This document shows, one piece after another, positions 1 through 10,600 of a stretch of DNA of 64,000 nt. A program made the translations under genes and the position numbers. Origin of the DNA: an uncultured delta proteobacterium (GTDB lineage: Bacteria > Desulfobacterota > Binatia > DP-6); NCBI GenBank assembly GCA_963815115.1, contig CAWFFN010000007.1, positions 544,001 through 608,000 on the forward strand. The letters are read 5' to 3'. The notes beneath the pieces are model-generated. The model was not told where the DNA came from. It made no database searches and saw nothing but the letters and a program-made list of their open reading frames with translations. Position 1 is the stretch's first letter. Each line of letters starts with the position of its first letter.

Positions 1-1
1 C

Positions 2-291
2 ATGCGGCGGGCTAGCACCAGCAGGTCCGGCGACGGATCGCCCCCCTGGCGACCCGCGTTCGTCGCCGTCCTCGTCGCCCTGCTCCCCGCTGTCGGGTGG
101 GCGCGCCCCGGAGACATCACCACTTACGTGGGCGCCACGAGCTTCGAAAGCCCGCTGGGCATGCGGGTCGCCACCACGGCGTCGGGGACGCAGCTCTACG
201 TGGCCGACAGCTCCCAGCACATCGTCCGTCACATCGACCTCGCAACGCAGCGCGTGAGCATCGTGGCTGGCCTCGGAACGCGCGGCTCTGG
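2..291 (+). pseudogene. N-terminal fragment of a secreted NHL-repeat (beta-propeller) protein
   Basis: Signal-peptide-like FVAVLVALLPAVGWA, then one NHL-like repeat (SPLGM...QLYVADSSQHIVRHIDLATQRVSIVAGLG); similarity stops abruptly near 291. Confidence 0.55.
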
Positions 292-573
292 CGTAGCCGC
301 CGTTTCGCGTCCTCTCGGCGATCAGCCGCCGTTGCTGGAAGCCGCCGATGCCAGGAGAGAGGCCGAGGAGCTCTTGGCACAATTCATGGTTCTTTTTCCG
401 AACGACGCAGTGGTTCGGACTGCACTGCGGGGAGCGGCCGCCTATCATCTCTCCTGGTTCGACTCTGGGCGTATGCAGAGCACCATGCTCTCGATGAGCT
501 CCTCTCCGAAGACTTCCAGCACGACCGGCTCTACGGCAGCGTCCGCGCCGTTGATCCGTTTCGCCGTGGGTGA
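292..573 (+). pseudogene. C-terminal remnant of a PIN-domain (VapC-like) toxin, frameshifted near 463
   Basis: One frame reads AAVSRP...ARREAEELLAQF..LFP...VRTALRGAAAYHLSWFD; another continues LWAYAEHHALDELLSEDFQHDRLYGSVRAVDPF (SEDFQ..G....(N/D)PF PIN tail); PIN N-terminus absent. Confidence 0.7.
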
Positions 574-623
574 CCGCCAGCAGACAGGGCCGCTTTCGAT
601 CGACGCCGTGAACGAGGCATGCT

Positions 624-1733
624 CTACAGCAGCGTCTCCGGGTCCGTCGCCTCCACCCCCACAGCCGCCGCGACGCCCGGGTGCGTGATCCGCCCCTCCA
701 GCACGTTGCACGCGCGGCGAAGCTCCGGCCACCGCCGCAGCGCCTCGACGAGCCCGAGATCCGCGATCTCGAGCGCATAGGACAGGGTGGCGTTGGTGAG
801 GGCGTAGGTCGAGGTGTGCGGGACGATGCCGGGCATGTTGGTGACGCAGTAGTGGACGACGTGCTCCGCCACGTAGATGGGCCGCGCATGCGTCGTCGGG
901 CGCGACGTCTCGGCACAGCCGCCCTGGTCGATGGCGAGGTCGACGAACGCTGCCCCGGGAAGCATCGCCTTCACGAGGGTGCGCGGGAGGAGGCGCGGGG
1001 CGAGCGCACCGGGAATCAGGACGGCGCCGACGACCAGGTCGGCCGCCATCACCTCCTCCTCGACGTTCGCGCGGTTCGACATGACGGTGGTGACGTGACC
1101 GGCCAGGATGTCGTGCACGTAGCGCAGCTTCCCGGGGTCGACGTCGAGGATCGAGACGTGCGCGCCGGTGCCCACGGCGACCTGGCAGGCGTTGGTCCCG
1201 GCGATCCCGGCGCCGAGGATCACCACCTTGGCCGGCCGCACTCCGGAAGCACCCGAGAGGAGCACGCCGCGGCCGCCATTCTGGGCCTGCAGGCACCAGG
1301 CTCCGACCTGGACCGCCAGGCGCCCGGCGACCTCGCTCATCGGCGCGAGCAGCGGCAGGCTCCCGTCGTCGAGCTGGAGGGTCTCGTAGGCGAGGGCGCT
1401 CACACCGCGCTCGCGGAGCACCGTCGCCAGCTCGGGATTGGCCGCCAGGTGGAGATAGGTGAAGAGCACGACCTCGGGACGCAGCAGTGCGTACTCCGAC
1501 TGCAACGGCTCCTTCACCTTGAGGACGAGCTCGGCGCTGCCCCAGAGCGACGGCGCGTCGACCAGCGCGGCACCCGCATCGCGGTAGAGACGATCGGGCA
1601 GGATCGACGCGGCGCCGGCGCCGTACTCGACGAGCACGCGGTGCCCGTGCGCCACCAACGCACCGACGCCACTCGGTGTGAGCGCGACACGGCTCTCTTC
1701 TTCCTTCACTTCACGCGGCACGCCGACGATCAT
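624..1733 (-). CDS. ald: alanine dehydrogenase
   Basis: MIVGVPREVKEEESRVALTP start; LKVKEP, FTYLHLA, PMSEVAGR, DLAIDQGGCAETS, HYCVTNMPG motifs. Confidence 0.96.
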   Translation of the reverse strand: MIVGVPREVKEEESRVALTPSGVGALVAHGHRVLVEYGAGAASILPDRLYRDAGAALVDAPSLWGSAELVLKVKEPLQSEYALLRPEVVLFTYLHLAANPELATVLRERGVSALAYETLQLDDGSLPLLAPMSEVAGRLAVQVGAWCLQAQNGGRGVLLSGASGVRPAKVVILGAGIAGTNACQVAVGTGAHVSILDVDPGKLRYVHDILAGHVTTVMSNRANVEEEVMAADLVVGAVLIPGALAPRLLPRTLVKAMLPGAAFVDLAIDQGGCAETSRPTTHARPIYVAEHVVHYCVTNMPGIVPHTSTYALTNATLSYALEIADLGLVEALRRWPELRRACNVLEGRITHPGVAAAVGVEATDPETLL

Positions 1734-1821
1734 GCGCTCGAGTCTAGCACACGCCGGAGCCTGACTTGCCTCTCCGGGTGTCGCACGGCTAAAACCGTGT
1801 GGGCGTCGGAAAGCCTGCGTC

Positions 1822-2673
1822 GTGGGACGGACGATCGACGGCAAAGCAGTGGCGGCGGCGGTGCGGGGCGAGGTGCGGGAGCGCGCAGCGCAGCTCGCGG
1901 CCCGCGGCACCGAGCCGGGCCTGGCGACCGTCCTGGTGGGCGAGGATCGCGCCTCCCAGATCTACGTGGGCAGCAAGGAGCGCGCCTGCGGGGAGGTCGG
2001 CATCCGCTCCTTTGGCCACCACCTGCCGGCGTCGACCCCGCAGGCGGAGCTGCTCGATCTCGTGCGCCGGCTCGGACGCGACGACCGCGTCCACGGCATC
2101 CTGGTGCAGCTTCCCCTCCCGCCGCCGCTCGACGCGCAGGCGATCATCGAGGCGCTGCCGCCCGAGAAGGACGTGGATGGGCTGCATCCGATGAGCCAGG
2201 GCCGGCTGCTCGCCGGTCGGCCGGGGCTGCGGCCCTGCACGCCGCTCGGGGTGATGCGCCTGCTCGACGAGGTGGGCGTGCAGCTCCGGGGCGCACGGGC
2301 CGTCGTCGTCGGCCGGAGCCTCCTGGTCGGCAAGCCGATCGCGCTCCTGCTCCTCGAGCGGCACGCCACCGTCACGATGTGCCACTCGCGCACGGCGGAC
2401 CTCGCCGACGAGGTCGGCCGAGCCGACGTGCTGGTTGCCGCGACCGGCCAGGCCGGCCTCGTGCGGGGCAGCTGGGTGCGCCCCGGCGCCGTCGTGATCG
2501 ACGTGGGGATCAACCGCGGCCCCGACGGCAAGCTCATGGGCGATGTCGAGTTTCTTCCCGCGGCCGAGCGCGCGAGCCACATCACGCCCGTGCCCGGCGG
2601 CGTCGGCCCGATGACCGTCGCCATGCTCCTCGCCAACACGGTGAGCGCGGCCGAGCGCGCCGCGGCGGCGTGA
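1822..2673 (+). CDS. folD: methylenetetrahydrofolate dehydrogenase/cyclohydrolase
   Basis: [23 protein letters not shown], VVGRSxxVGKP, [11 protein letters not shown] motifs. Confidence 0.97.
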   Translation: MGRTIDGKAVAAAVRGEVRERAAQLAARGTEPGLATVLVGEDRASQIYVGSKERACGEVGIRSFGHHLPASTPQAELLDLVRRLGRDDRVHGILVQLPLPPPLDAQAIIEALPPEKDVDGLHPMSQGRLLAGRPGLRPCTPLGVMRLLDEVGVQLRGARAVVVGRSLLVGKPIALLLLERHATVTMCHSRTADLADEVGRADVLVAATGQAGLVRGSWVRPGAVVIDVGINRGPDGKLMGDVEFLPAAERASHITPVPGGVGPMTVAMLLANTVSAAERAAAA

Positions 2674-2677
2674 GACG

Positions 2678-3790
2678 ATGGCCAGACGCACGCCGCTGTT
2701 CGACGCGCACCGGGAGCTGGGCGCTCGCCTGGTCGAGTTCGCGGGCTGGGAGATGCCGGTGTCGTACGGCAGCGCGCTCGAGGAGCATCACGCGGTGCGA
2801 CGGCGCTGCGGCCTCTTCGACGTGAGCCACATGGGAGAGGTCGAGCTCCGCGGCGCCGGCGCCGAGGCGCTGTGCCAGGAGCTCACGGTGAACGACGTCA
2901 GCCGGCTCGGGGACGGCGACGGCCAGTACACGGTCCTCTGCAACGAGCGGGGCGGCGTGCTCGACGACCTGGTGCTCTTCCGCCTCGCGCCCGACCGCTT
3001 CCTGCTGGTGGTCAATGCCGCCAACACGGCCGCCGACCTCGCCTGGATCCGGCAGCACGCGCCGGCGAACGTGGCGGTCGACGATCGCAGCGGCGAGCTC
3101 GCGCTCCTCGCGCTGCAGGGTCCCGAGGCGGAGCGCGCGCTGCGCACCCTGACGCCGCTCGATCTGACCGCGCTGCGGCCGTTCACGATTCGCGACACGA
3201 CGGTGGCGGGCTTCGAGTCACAGGTGTCCCGCACCGGCTACACCGGCGAGGACGGCTTCGAGATCCTCGTGCCGGCCGCCGACGCGCGTCCCGTCTGGGA
3301 CGCGGTGCTGGCGGCGGTCCGTCGCTGCGGGGGTCTGCCGGCGGGCCTCGCCGCACGGGATACCCTGCGGCTCGAGGCCGGTCTGCCGCTCTGCGGGACC
3401 GACATGGATGCCGACACGACGCCGCTGGAGGCCGGGATCGCGTGGGTGGTGAAGCTGCGCAAGACCTGCTTCGTCGGCCGCGAGGCCCTGGCGAGCCAGG
3501 CAGCCGCGGGGCCCGAGCGCCGCCTGGTCGGGCTCCGGCTCGAGGAACCCGGCATTCCGCGACACGGCAACGCGGTCTGGCAGGGCGGGGCTCGCGTGGG
3601 GACGGTCACGAGTGGTACCAAGTCGCCCACCCTGGGAGTCTTCATCGGCATGGCCTCCGTGGCCGCCGCCGCCACGCGGCCTGGCACCGCCGTGGTGGTC
3701 GAGATTCGCGACCGGCGCCTGCCGGCGCAGGTCGTGGATCGCCCCTTCTACCGCCGCCCGGCGCCGGGAGCCTCGCATGCAACTGCCTGA
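2678..3790 (+). CDS. gcvT: glycine cleavage system T protein
   Basis: FAGWEMPV, FDVSHMGE, SRTGYTGEDGFE, ARDTLRLEAG motifs. Confidence 0.97.
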   Translation: MARRTPLFDAHRELGARLVEFAGWEMPVSYGSALEEHHAVRRRCGLFDVSHMGEVELRGAGAEALCQELTVNDVSRLGDGDGQYTVLCNERGGVLDDLVLFRLAPDRFLLVVNAANTAADLAWIRQHAPANVAVDDRSGELALLALQGPEAERALRTLTPLDLTALRPFTIRDTTVAGFESQVSRTGYTGEDGFEILVPAADARPVWDAVLAAVRRCGGLPAGLAARDTLRLEAGLPLCGTDMDADTTPLEAGIAWVVKLRKTCFVGREALASQAAAGPERRLVGLRLEEPGIPRHGNAVWQGGARVGTVTSGTKSPTLGVFIGMASVAAAATRPGTAVVVEIRDRRLPAQVVDRPFYRRPAPGASHATA

Positions 3791-4169
3791 GAATCTGCAC
3801 TACACGACCGAGCACGAGTGGGTGCGCCTGGAAGGGCACGAAGCCGTGGTCGGAATCACGGACTTCGCCCAGGAGTCGCTCGGCGACGTCGTCTTCGTCG
3901 AGCTGCCGCCCCCGGGAACGGTTCTCACGGCAGGCAAGACCTTTGGTGTCGTGGAATCGAACAAGAGCGTGTCCGACCTCTTCGCGCCCGTCACCGGCCG
4001 GGTCGTCGCAATCAACGATGCCCTGCGGGACGCACCCGAGGCGGTGAACTCCGATCCCTACGGCGCCGGGTGGATGATCCGCGTCGCGCTCGACTCCGCG
4101 GATGCGGTCGCCGGACTCCTCGACGCCGATCAGTACCGGACCCACGTGCAGCACGAGCAGTCGCGGTGA
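3777..4169 (+). CDS. gcvH: glycine cleavage system H protein
   Basis: MQLPENLHYTTEHEWV; lipoyl-lysine motif VESNKSVSD; NSDPYGAGW. Confidence 0.96.
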   Translation: MQLPENLHYTTEHEWVRLEGHEAVVGITDFAQESLGDVVFVELPPPGTVLTAGKTFGVVESNKSVSDLFAPVTGRVVAINDALRDAPEAVNSDPYGAGWMIRVALDSADAVAGLLDADQYRTHVQHEQSR

Positions 4170-5539
4170 GCGCCTACGTCCCGCACACGCCCGCCGATAT
4201 CGCGGCGATGCTGGAAGTGATCGGCGCCGGGTCGCTGGACGACCTGATCGCCCACATCCCTGCCGGCCTCCGCGACCATGCCGCGGTCGACCTGGCCCCG
4301 GGCCTCACCGAGCCCGAGCTGCGCGCCCGCTTCGCGGCGCTGGCGGCGGGCCACGCCCGGGACGACCTCGCGGTCTTCCTCGGTGCCGGATCGTATCCGC
4401 ACTTCGTTCCCGCCGTCGTCAACCAGATTCTCCTGCGCTCCGAGTTTGCCACCGCCTACACGCCCTACCAGCCCGAGGTCAGTCAGGGGACCCTGCAGGC
4501 GATCTTCGAGTTCCAGACGTTCGTCGCCACGCTCCTCGGCCTCGACGTCGCCAACGCCAGCATGTACGACGGCGCGTCCGCGACCGCCGAGGCCGTCCTG
4601 ATGGCGCGTCGCCTCCTCCCCGAGCGGCGGACGGTGCTCCTGGCGCGCGCGCTGCATCCTCACTACCGGGGCGTGGTGCGGACCTATCTGCGCGGACTGG
4701 CCGGCGTGGTCGTGCGCGAGATTCCGTTCGACGACGACGGCCGCACCGACGCCGCGGCGCTCCGCGGTCTCCTCGGGAGCGACACGCTCTGTGTCGTGCT
4801 GGGCCAACCAAACGTCTTCGGCGTCGTCGAGGACCTTCCCGCCGCCGCCCACGACGTGCACGCGGCGGGCGCCCTGCTGGTGAGCGCGACGACGGAGGCG
4901 CTGGCTCTCGCCGCGCTGCGCTCGCCGGGCGCCTGCGGGACCGACATCGCGGTGGCGGAGGGGCAGAGCCTCGGCCTGCCGATGTCGTACGGAGGCCCCG
5001 GCGTGGGGTTGTTCGCGTGCCACGAGCGCCACGTCCGTGCCATGCCCGGACGCATCGTCGGCGAGACGGTCGACGGGGAGGGCCGCCGCGGCTACGTCCT
5101 CACGCTGGCGACGCGCGAGCAGCACATCCGGCGCGAGCGCGCGACCTCGAACATCTGCACCAACCAGGGGCTGTGTGCGCTCGCGGTCACCGTCTACCTG
5201 TCCATGCTGGGCCGGAACGGCCTTCTCCGGCTCGCGCGGGTGAACGCCACCGCGGCCCGCGAGGCCGCCACGCGGCTCGCGTCGGCGGGCGTGCCGCAAC
5301 GCTTCGCAGCGCCGTTCTTCAACGAGTTCGTGGTGCGCGCGCCGGCGGCCGCCTCGGCCTGGGAGGAGCTGGCGCAGCGCTCCGGTGTGGTGGCGGGCTT
5401 CCCGCTCGGCCGCTGGTACCCGGAGCTCGGCGATGCGCTGCTCCTCTGCGTCACCGAGACCCACCACAAGGAGCAGGTCGATCGGCTCGTCGCCACGCTG
5501 GCCACGGACACGCGCGCCCGGCGCACGAGGACGGGCTAG
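4166..5539 (+). CDS. gcvPA: glycine dehydrogenase subunit 1
   Basis: GTG start overlaps gcvH stop; FLGAGSY, YTPYQPEVSQG, NASMYDG, REQHIRRERATSNICTNQ. Confidence 0.96.
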   Translation: MSAYVPHTPADIAAMLEVIGAGSLDDLIAHIPAGLRDHAAVDLAPGLTEPELRARFAALAAGHARDDLAVFLGAGSYPHFVPAVVNQILLRSEFATAYTPYQPEVSQGTLQAIFEFQTFVATLLGLDVANASMYDGASATAEAVLMARRLLPERRTVLLARALHPHYRGVVRTYLRGLAGVVVREIPFDDDGRTDAAALRGLLGSDTLCVVLGQPNVFGVVEDLPAAAHDVHAAGALLVSATTEALALAALRSPGACGTDIAVAEGQSLGLPMSYGGPGVGLFACHERHVRAMPGRIVGETVDGEGRRGYVLTLATREQHIRRERATSNICTNQGLCALAVTVYLSMLGRNGLLRLARVNATAAREAATRLASAGVPQRFAAPFFNEFVVRAPAAASAWEELAQRSGVVAGFPLGRWYPELGDALLLCVTETHHKEQVDRLVATLATDTRARRTRTG

Positions 5540-5542
5540 GTC

Positions 5543-6991
5543 ATGCAGCTCGACGAACCGCTCATCTTCGAGCGTGGCTCGTCCGGCCACGCGGGCTGGC
5601 AGGTTCCCGGCGACGAGGCCGACGGCCTACCGGAGGAGCTGCGGCGCGAGGACGATCTCGCGACTTTCCCGGAGGTCGGCGAGCTCGAGGTCCTGCGCCA
5701 CTTCCTGCGCCTGTCGCAGTGGAACTACGGTGCGGCCACCACGTTCTACCCGCTCGGCTCCTGCACCATGAAGTACAACCCGGTGGTGAACGAGGAGCTG
5801 GCCCGCTTGCCGGGGTTTGCGCAGCTGCACCCGCTGCTGCCGGCGTCGCTGGCGCAGGGCGCGCTCGCCCTGTGCGAGGCGCTCGAGCACGCGCTCGCCG
5901 CCGTCTCCGGTCTCGACGCGGTGACGCTCCAGCCGGCGGCGGGGGCCCAGGGCGAGCTGCTCGGCATGCTCCTGGTACGCGCCCATCACGTCGATCGCGG
6001 CAATCCGCGCCGGCGCGTCCTGATCCCGGCCAGCGCCCACGGCACCAACCCGGCCAGCTCCGTGCTCTGCGGCTACGAGGTCACCGAGGTTCCCGTCGGC
6101 GCCCGCGGGCTGCTCGAGGCGCGCACGGTCGCGGCCCTGATGGACGAGCAGGTCGCGGCGCTCATGGTGACCAACCCGAACACGCTCGGCCTCTTCGAGG
6201 AGGAGATCGAGGGCGTCGCGGCCGCGGTGCACGCCAGGGGCGGCCTGCTCTACATGGACGGCGCCAACATGAACGCGCTCATCGGCGTCGCCAAGCCGGG
6301 CGACATGGGCGTCGACGTCATGCAGTTCAATCTCCACAAGACGTTCTCGACGCCGCACGGCGGCGGCGGGCCGGGTGCCGGGCCGGTCGCGGTGCGGGCG
6401 CCGCTGGTCCCGTACCTTCCGGTGCCACGGGTGGTCCGGCGCGGCGAGCGGCTGGAGTGGGACGAGGCGGCTCCGAAGAGCGTCGGGCGGATCGGGCCCT
6501 TCTTCGGCAACTTCGGCATCCTCCTGCGCGCGCTCGCCTACATCGAGCGGCTCGGCGGCCCGGGCCTCGAGGAGGCGACCAGGCTCGCGATCCTCAATGC
6601 GAACTATCTGCGTGCCCGTCTGCGCGGGGCGTACGACCTGCCGTTTGACGTCCCGTCGATGCACGAGTGCGTGTTCTCCGACCGCACCCTCACGCCCCAC
6701 GGCGTCCAGACGCTCGACGTCGCCAAGCGGCTGCTCGACTACGGCTTCTATGCCCCGACCATCTACTTCCCCCTGGTGGTCAAGGGAGCGCTCATGATCG
6801 AGCCGACCGAGACCGAGAGCCGGGGAACGCTCGACGAGTTCGTCGCCGCCATGCTCGCCATCGCGGAGGAGGCCCGCACGGACCCGCACACCGTCCGTAC
6901 GGCTCCGCACCGCACCAGGCTCGGCCGTCTCGACGAGACGCGCGCCGCGCGCCGTCCGGTGCTGCGCTGGCGGCCACCCGTGACCGGGTGA
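5543..6991 (+). CDS. gcvPB: glycine dehydrogenase subunit 2
   Basis: YPLGSCTMKYNP, SAHGTNPAS, PLP lysine in NLHKTFSTPHGGGGPG. Confidence 0.96.
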   Translation: MQLDEPLIFERGSSGHAGWQVPGDEADGLPEELRREDDLATFPEVGELEVLRHFLRLSQWNYGAATTFYPLGSCTMKYNPVVNEELARLPGFAQLHPLLPASLAQGALALCEALEHALAAVSGLDAVTLQPAAGAQGELLGMLLVRAHHVDRGNPRRRVLIPASAHGTNPASSVLCGYEVTEVPVGARGLLEARTVAALMDEQVAALMVTNPNTLGLFEEEIEGVAAAVHARGGLLYMDGANMNALIGVAKPGDMGVDVMQFNLHKTFSTPHGGGGPGAGPVAVRAPLVPYLPVPRVVRRGERLEWDEAAPKSVGRIGPFFGNFGILLRALAYIERLGGPGLEEATRLAILNANYLRARLRGAYDLPFDVPSMHECVFSDRTLTPHGVQTLDVAKRLLDYGFYAPTIYFPLVVKGALMIEPTETESRGTLDEFVAAMLAIAEEARTDPHTVRTAPHRTRLGRLDETRAARRPVLRWRPPVTG

Positions 6992-7005
6992 GAGTGCTAG
7001 CAAAA

Positions 7006-7034
7006 TTGACACCCGGGCCGCCGCCGTGTAGCGT
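7006..7034 (+). promoter_or_regulatory. sigma70-type promoter upstream of HNH-smc-ftsY
   Basis: TTGACA (7006-7011), 17 bp spacer, TAGCGT (7029-7034). Confidence 0.6.
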
Positions 7035-7044
7035 CTCCGGCGGC

Positions 7045-7650
7045 GTGCAGGCATCGGTGCTCAACACCAAGGTCCTGGTCCTGAACCGCTCGTACCTGCC
7101 GGTGAACATCACCTCGGTGCGGCGTGCCCTGTCGCTGCTCTATCAGGACATCGCCCGGGCGGTGGACGAGCAGTACCGCACCTTCGACTTCGCCAGCTGG
7201 GCCGATCTCGCCGCGCACGAGGAGAGCATCGGTCTGATCGACCGGGCGATCCGGGTGCCGCGGGTCATCCTGCTCCTCGGCTACGATCGGGTCCCCCGCC
7301 GGCACGTGCGCTTCAGCCGCTTCAACATCTACGCGCGCGACCACAACCGCTGCCAGTACTGCGGCCGGCGGTTCGCCCGCGCCGAGCTGAACCTCGACCA
7401 CGTCATCCCGCGCTCGAAGGGTGGCACCTCGGCGTGGGAGAACGTCGTCTGCTCCTGTCACCGGTGCAACCGGCTGAAGGGCGGGCGCACGCCGGCGGAG
7501 GCGGGCATGCGCCTCATCCGCCATCCCTTCCGCCCGCAGTGGACGCCCTTCATGGTCGAGGCCTTCAGCCCCCGCCGGCACAAGGAGTGGCTGCCGTTCC
7601 TGAGCGGGGTCGACGCGGCGTACTGGAACACGGAGCTGATGCAGGAGTAG
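7045..7650 (+). CDS. HNH endonuclease (McrA/COG1403-like); start 7045 or 7057
   Basis: VLVLNRSYLP N-terminus; FSRFNIYARDHNRCQYCG...LDHVIPRSKGG...WENVVCSCHRCNRLKGGRTP. Confidence 0.9.
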   Translation: MQASVLNTKVLVLNRSYLPVNITSVRRALSLLYQDIARAVDEQYRTFDFASWADLAAHEESIGLIDRAIRVPRVILLLGYDRVPRRHVRFSRFNIYARDHNRCQYCGRRFARAELNLDHVIPRSKGGTSAWENVVCSCHRCNRLKGGRTPAEAGMRLIRHPFRPQWTPFMVEAFSPRRHKEWLPFLSGVDAAYWNTELMQE

Positions 7651-7689
7651 GGGGAAGCCTCGGGCGCGCCGGGGCGGTTGGGGGAGTGG

Positions 7690-10600
7690 ATGCGGATCAA
7701 GCAGATCGAGCTCACCGGCTTCAAGTCGTTCATGGACCGGACGGTCCTCGAGCTGCCCGCCGGGGTGACGGCCATCGTGGGGCCGAACGGCTGCGGGAAG
7801 TCGAACGTGGTCGACGCCATCCGGTGGGTGCTCGGCGAGCAGAGCCCGAAGCACCTGCGCGGCGGGGCCATGGAGGACGTCATCTTCGCGGGCAACGCCG
7901 ACCATGGCCCGCTCGGCATGGCCGAGGCGTCGCTCCTGCTCGAGCGTACGGACGAGGACCTGGCGCGGGCTGCGGAAGCCAGCGACGAGCTCCCCATCGG
8001 CCCCGAGAGCCTGCCGCCCGAGCTGGCCCAGGCGAGCCAGATCCTGGTCACCCGGCGCTACTTTCGCTCCGGCGACTCGGAGTACTTCATCAACAAAGCG
8101 GCGTGCCGGCTGAAGGACATCACCGAGCTGTTCCTGGGCACCGGGGTCGGCACGCGCGCCTATGCCATCATCGAGCAGGGCCGCGTCGAGCAGATCGTCA
8201 ACGCGAAGCCGGACGACCTCCGGCTGTTCCTCGAGGAGGCGGCCGGGATCACGCGCTTCCGCTCCCGCAGGCTCGCCGCGGAGCGCAAGATGGAGCGTAC
8301 GCGCGACAACCTGATCCGCGTCAACGACGTGCTTCGCGAGCTCGAGCGCCAGATGGGATCGCTGCAGCGTCAGGCGCGGCGCGCCGAGGAGTACCACCGC
8401 ATCAAGGGCGCGCTCCGCGACCTCGACCTCCGCGTGACCGCCGCTCGCCGCCGCGCGTGGGCCCGGGAGATGACCGCGACGGGTGACGAGGTGACGCGGC
8501 TCCGCCAGGACGAGGAGCGCCTGCAGACGCAGCTCAGCACCACCCGGGAGGCGAGTGACGAGGCACGCCGCCGGCGCCACGAGCGCGAGGCGCTGCTGCG
8601 TGCGGTCGAGAGCGAGCTCACCGAGCAGCGGGTGGCCGCAACCGAGTCGGGAGCCCGCGCGGAAGGGCTGGAGGCGCGCCGGCGCGAGCTCGAGGCGCGC
8701 GCTGCCGAGGCCGAGCGCGAGGCGGAGATGCTGGAGGGCCGGCTGGCCGACGTCGCGGGCGAGCTGTCGGCCTGTGACGGCGAGCTCACCCGGCTCGCCA
8801 GCGAGCAGGCCCAGGCAGAAGCCGAGCGCACCCGGGAGGAAACGGAGCTGGATCGGCTCGGCGCCGCCGGCAAGCCGCTCGAAGAGGCCGTCGAGCAGGC
8901 GAAGGATGCGGTGGTCGACGCGGTCGCCGAGGAGCTCAGGCTGCGCAACCTGGCCGAGGCCGTTCAGCGACGGCGGGCCGAGCTCGACGGCCAGCGGCGC
9001 CAGCTCGACGAGGAGCGCCAGGAGCTCGGATCGCGGCTCGAGGACGTCGCCAGGGAGCGCGAGGATCAGCGTCGCCGCATGGAGGCGCTGGAGGCGGAGC
9101 GCGTCCGCCTCGAGGCGGAGCGCGCGGCGCTGCTGGCGCGGTCGACGGCCCTGGCGGACGAGGAGGAGCGCCAGGCGCAGGTCTGTACGGGCGCGCGCGA
9201 TCGGGTGACGCAGCTGCGCTCGCGCGTCGAGTCGCTGCGCGAGCTCGAGGCCCGTTCCGAGGGGTGCACGCGCGGGGTCGCGAGCCTGCTCGCTCGCGAT
9301 CCCGAGGCCGCGACCCTGCTGGCGGGCGTCCTGCGCGTGCCCGCGGGCCTCGAGCGCGCCGTGGCGGCGGTGCTCGGATCGCGGCTGGGCCAGGTCGTTC
9401 TTCCCGATACGTCCGCCGCGCTGGACGCGGTCCGCTGGCTTCGCGAGACGCAGGCGGGCAGCGCCACCGTCATTCCGCACGACCCCGAGCGCCGGGCGAC
9501 GGTCATCGTGCCGGCGGGACGGCGCCTCGTCGACCAGGTCGACGTCGACCCCGGTCACTGGGCCCTGGCCGAGGCGCTCCTCGGCCAGGTTCTCCTTGCC
9601 GACGACCTCGACGAGGCGCTGCGCATCTGGCGCGAGGCGCCGCATCCGCTGACGGTCGTCACCCTTGCCGGCGAGGCGCTTGACGCGCTCGGTGCGGTCA
9701 CGGGGGGCAGCGAGCCCCCGCTCGAGGAGACGCTGCTGGCCCGCGCGCGCGAGCTGCGCGAGCTGGCCGCGGCGACGCGCGAGGCGGAGGCCACGACGGA
9801 GGCCGAGCAGCGCACGCTCGACGCCATCCGGGCCCGCGTCGCGGACGTCGGTAGCACGCTCGCACAAGGCGTGGAGCGCTTGCAGGCGCTGCGCCTCGAG
9901 CTCCTCGCGGGCGAGAAGGATCGCGAGCGTCTCGAGGGGGAGCGGGCACGCATCGCCGCCGACCTCGAGGTGAGCGCACTCGAGGCGAGTGGCCTCGCCG
10001 GCACCGACGGCCAGCTGGCGGGCGAGCTCGCTGCCCTCGACGAGTCGCTCGCGGGAGCGTCGGCGGGATTGCGTGATCGGCGTGCGGCGCTCGGCGAGGC
10101 ACAGGCAGCCCTCGCCGAATGGCGGCTCCGGCACGCGGAGACCGAGCAGCGACGGACCGGTGCCGCCGTGCGGGCCGCCGCGGCCGCCGAGCGGCGGCGT
10201 GGCGCCGACGGCGAGCGGGCTCGGCTGCAGGCCGGTCGGGTGGACCTGGCCGGCCGGGTCGAAGCGGCGAAGCGCGCCGCAACCGACGCGACGACCGGAG
10301 CAGCGTCGTCGGCGGAAGAGGCACACGCGGCGGCCGCCGCCAGGGTCGCCGCCGATGAGCGGGCTGCAGCGCTGGCCGAGGATCGCCAGCGCCTGTCGGC
10401 AGAGGTCGCCGCCGCGGAGGAGGACCTGTCCGCCGACGACCGTGTCCAGCGCGAGGTCTCGGAGCAGCTCGAGGCGCTACGGGCGCGGCGCGGAGAGCTC
10501 GACGTGCTCCTGGCGGAGCGTCGGGTCGCGCTCGAACAGCTCTTCGAACGGCTCGCCGAGCGCTACGATCTCGGCCCCGAGGCGCTCGACGAGATCCCGG

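Noticed and set aside
7045-7650. HNH as an IscB, Cas9-like or intron-encoded nuclease
   Set aside because: About 200 aa, no RuvC or PLMP motif, no room for an adjacent guide RNA, no element ends
6997-10326. Very long antisense or alternate-frame ORFs (also 29788-33036, 46907-50356, 57043-59571 and others)
   Set aside because: Shadow ORFs of clearly identified genes, caused by high GC3 and stop-codon scarcity; no motifs of their own
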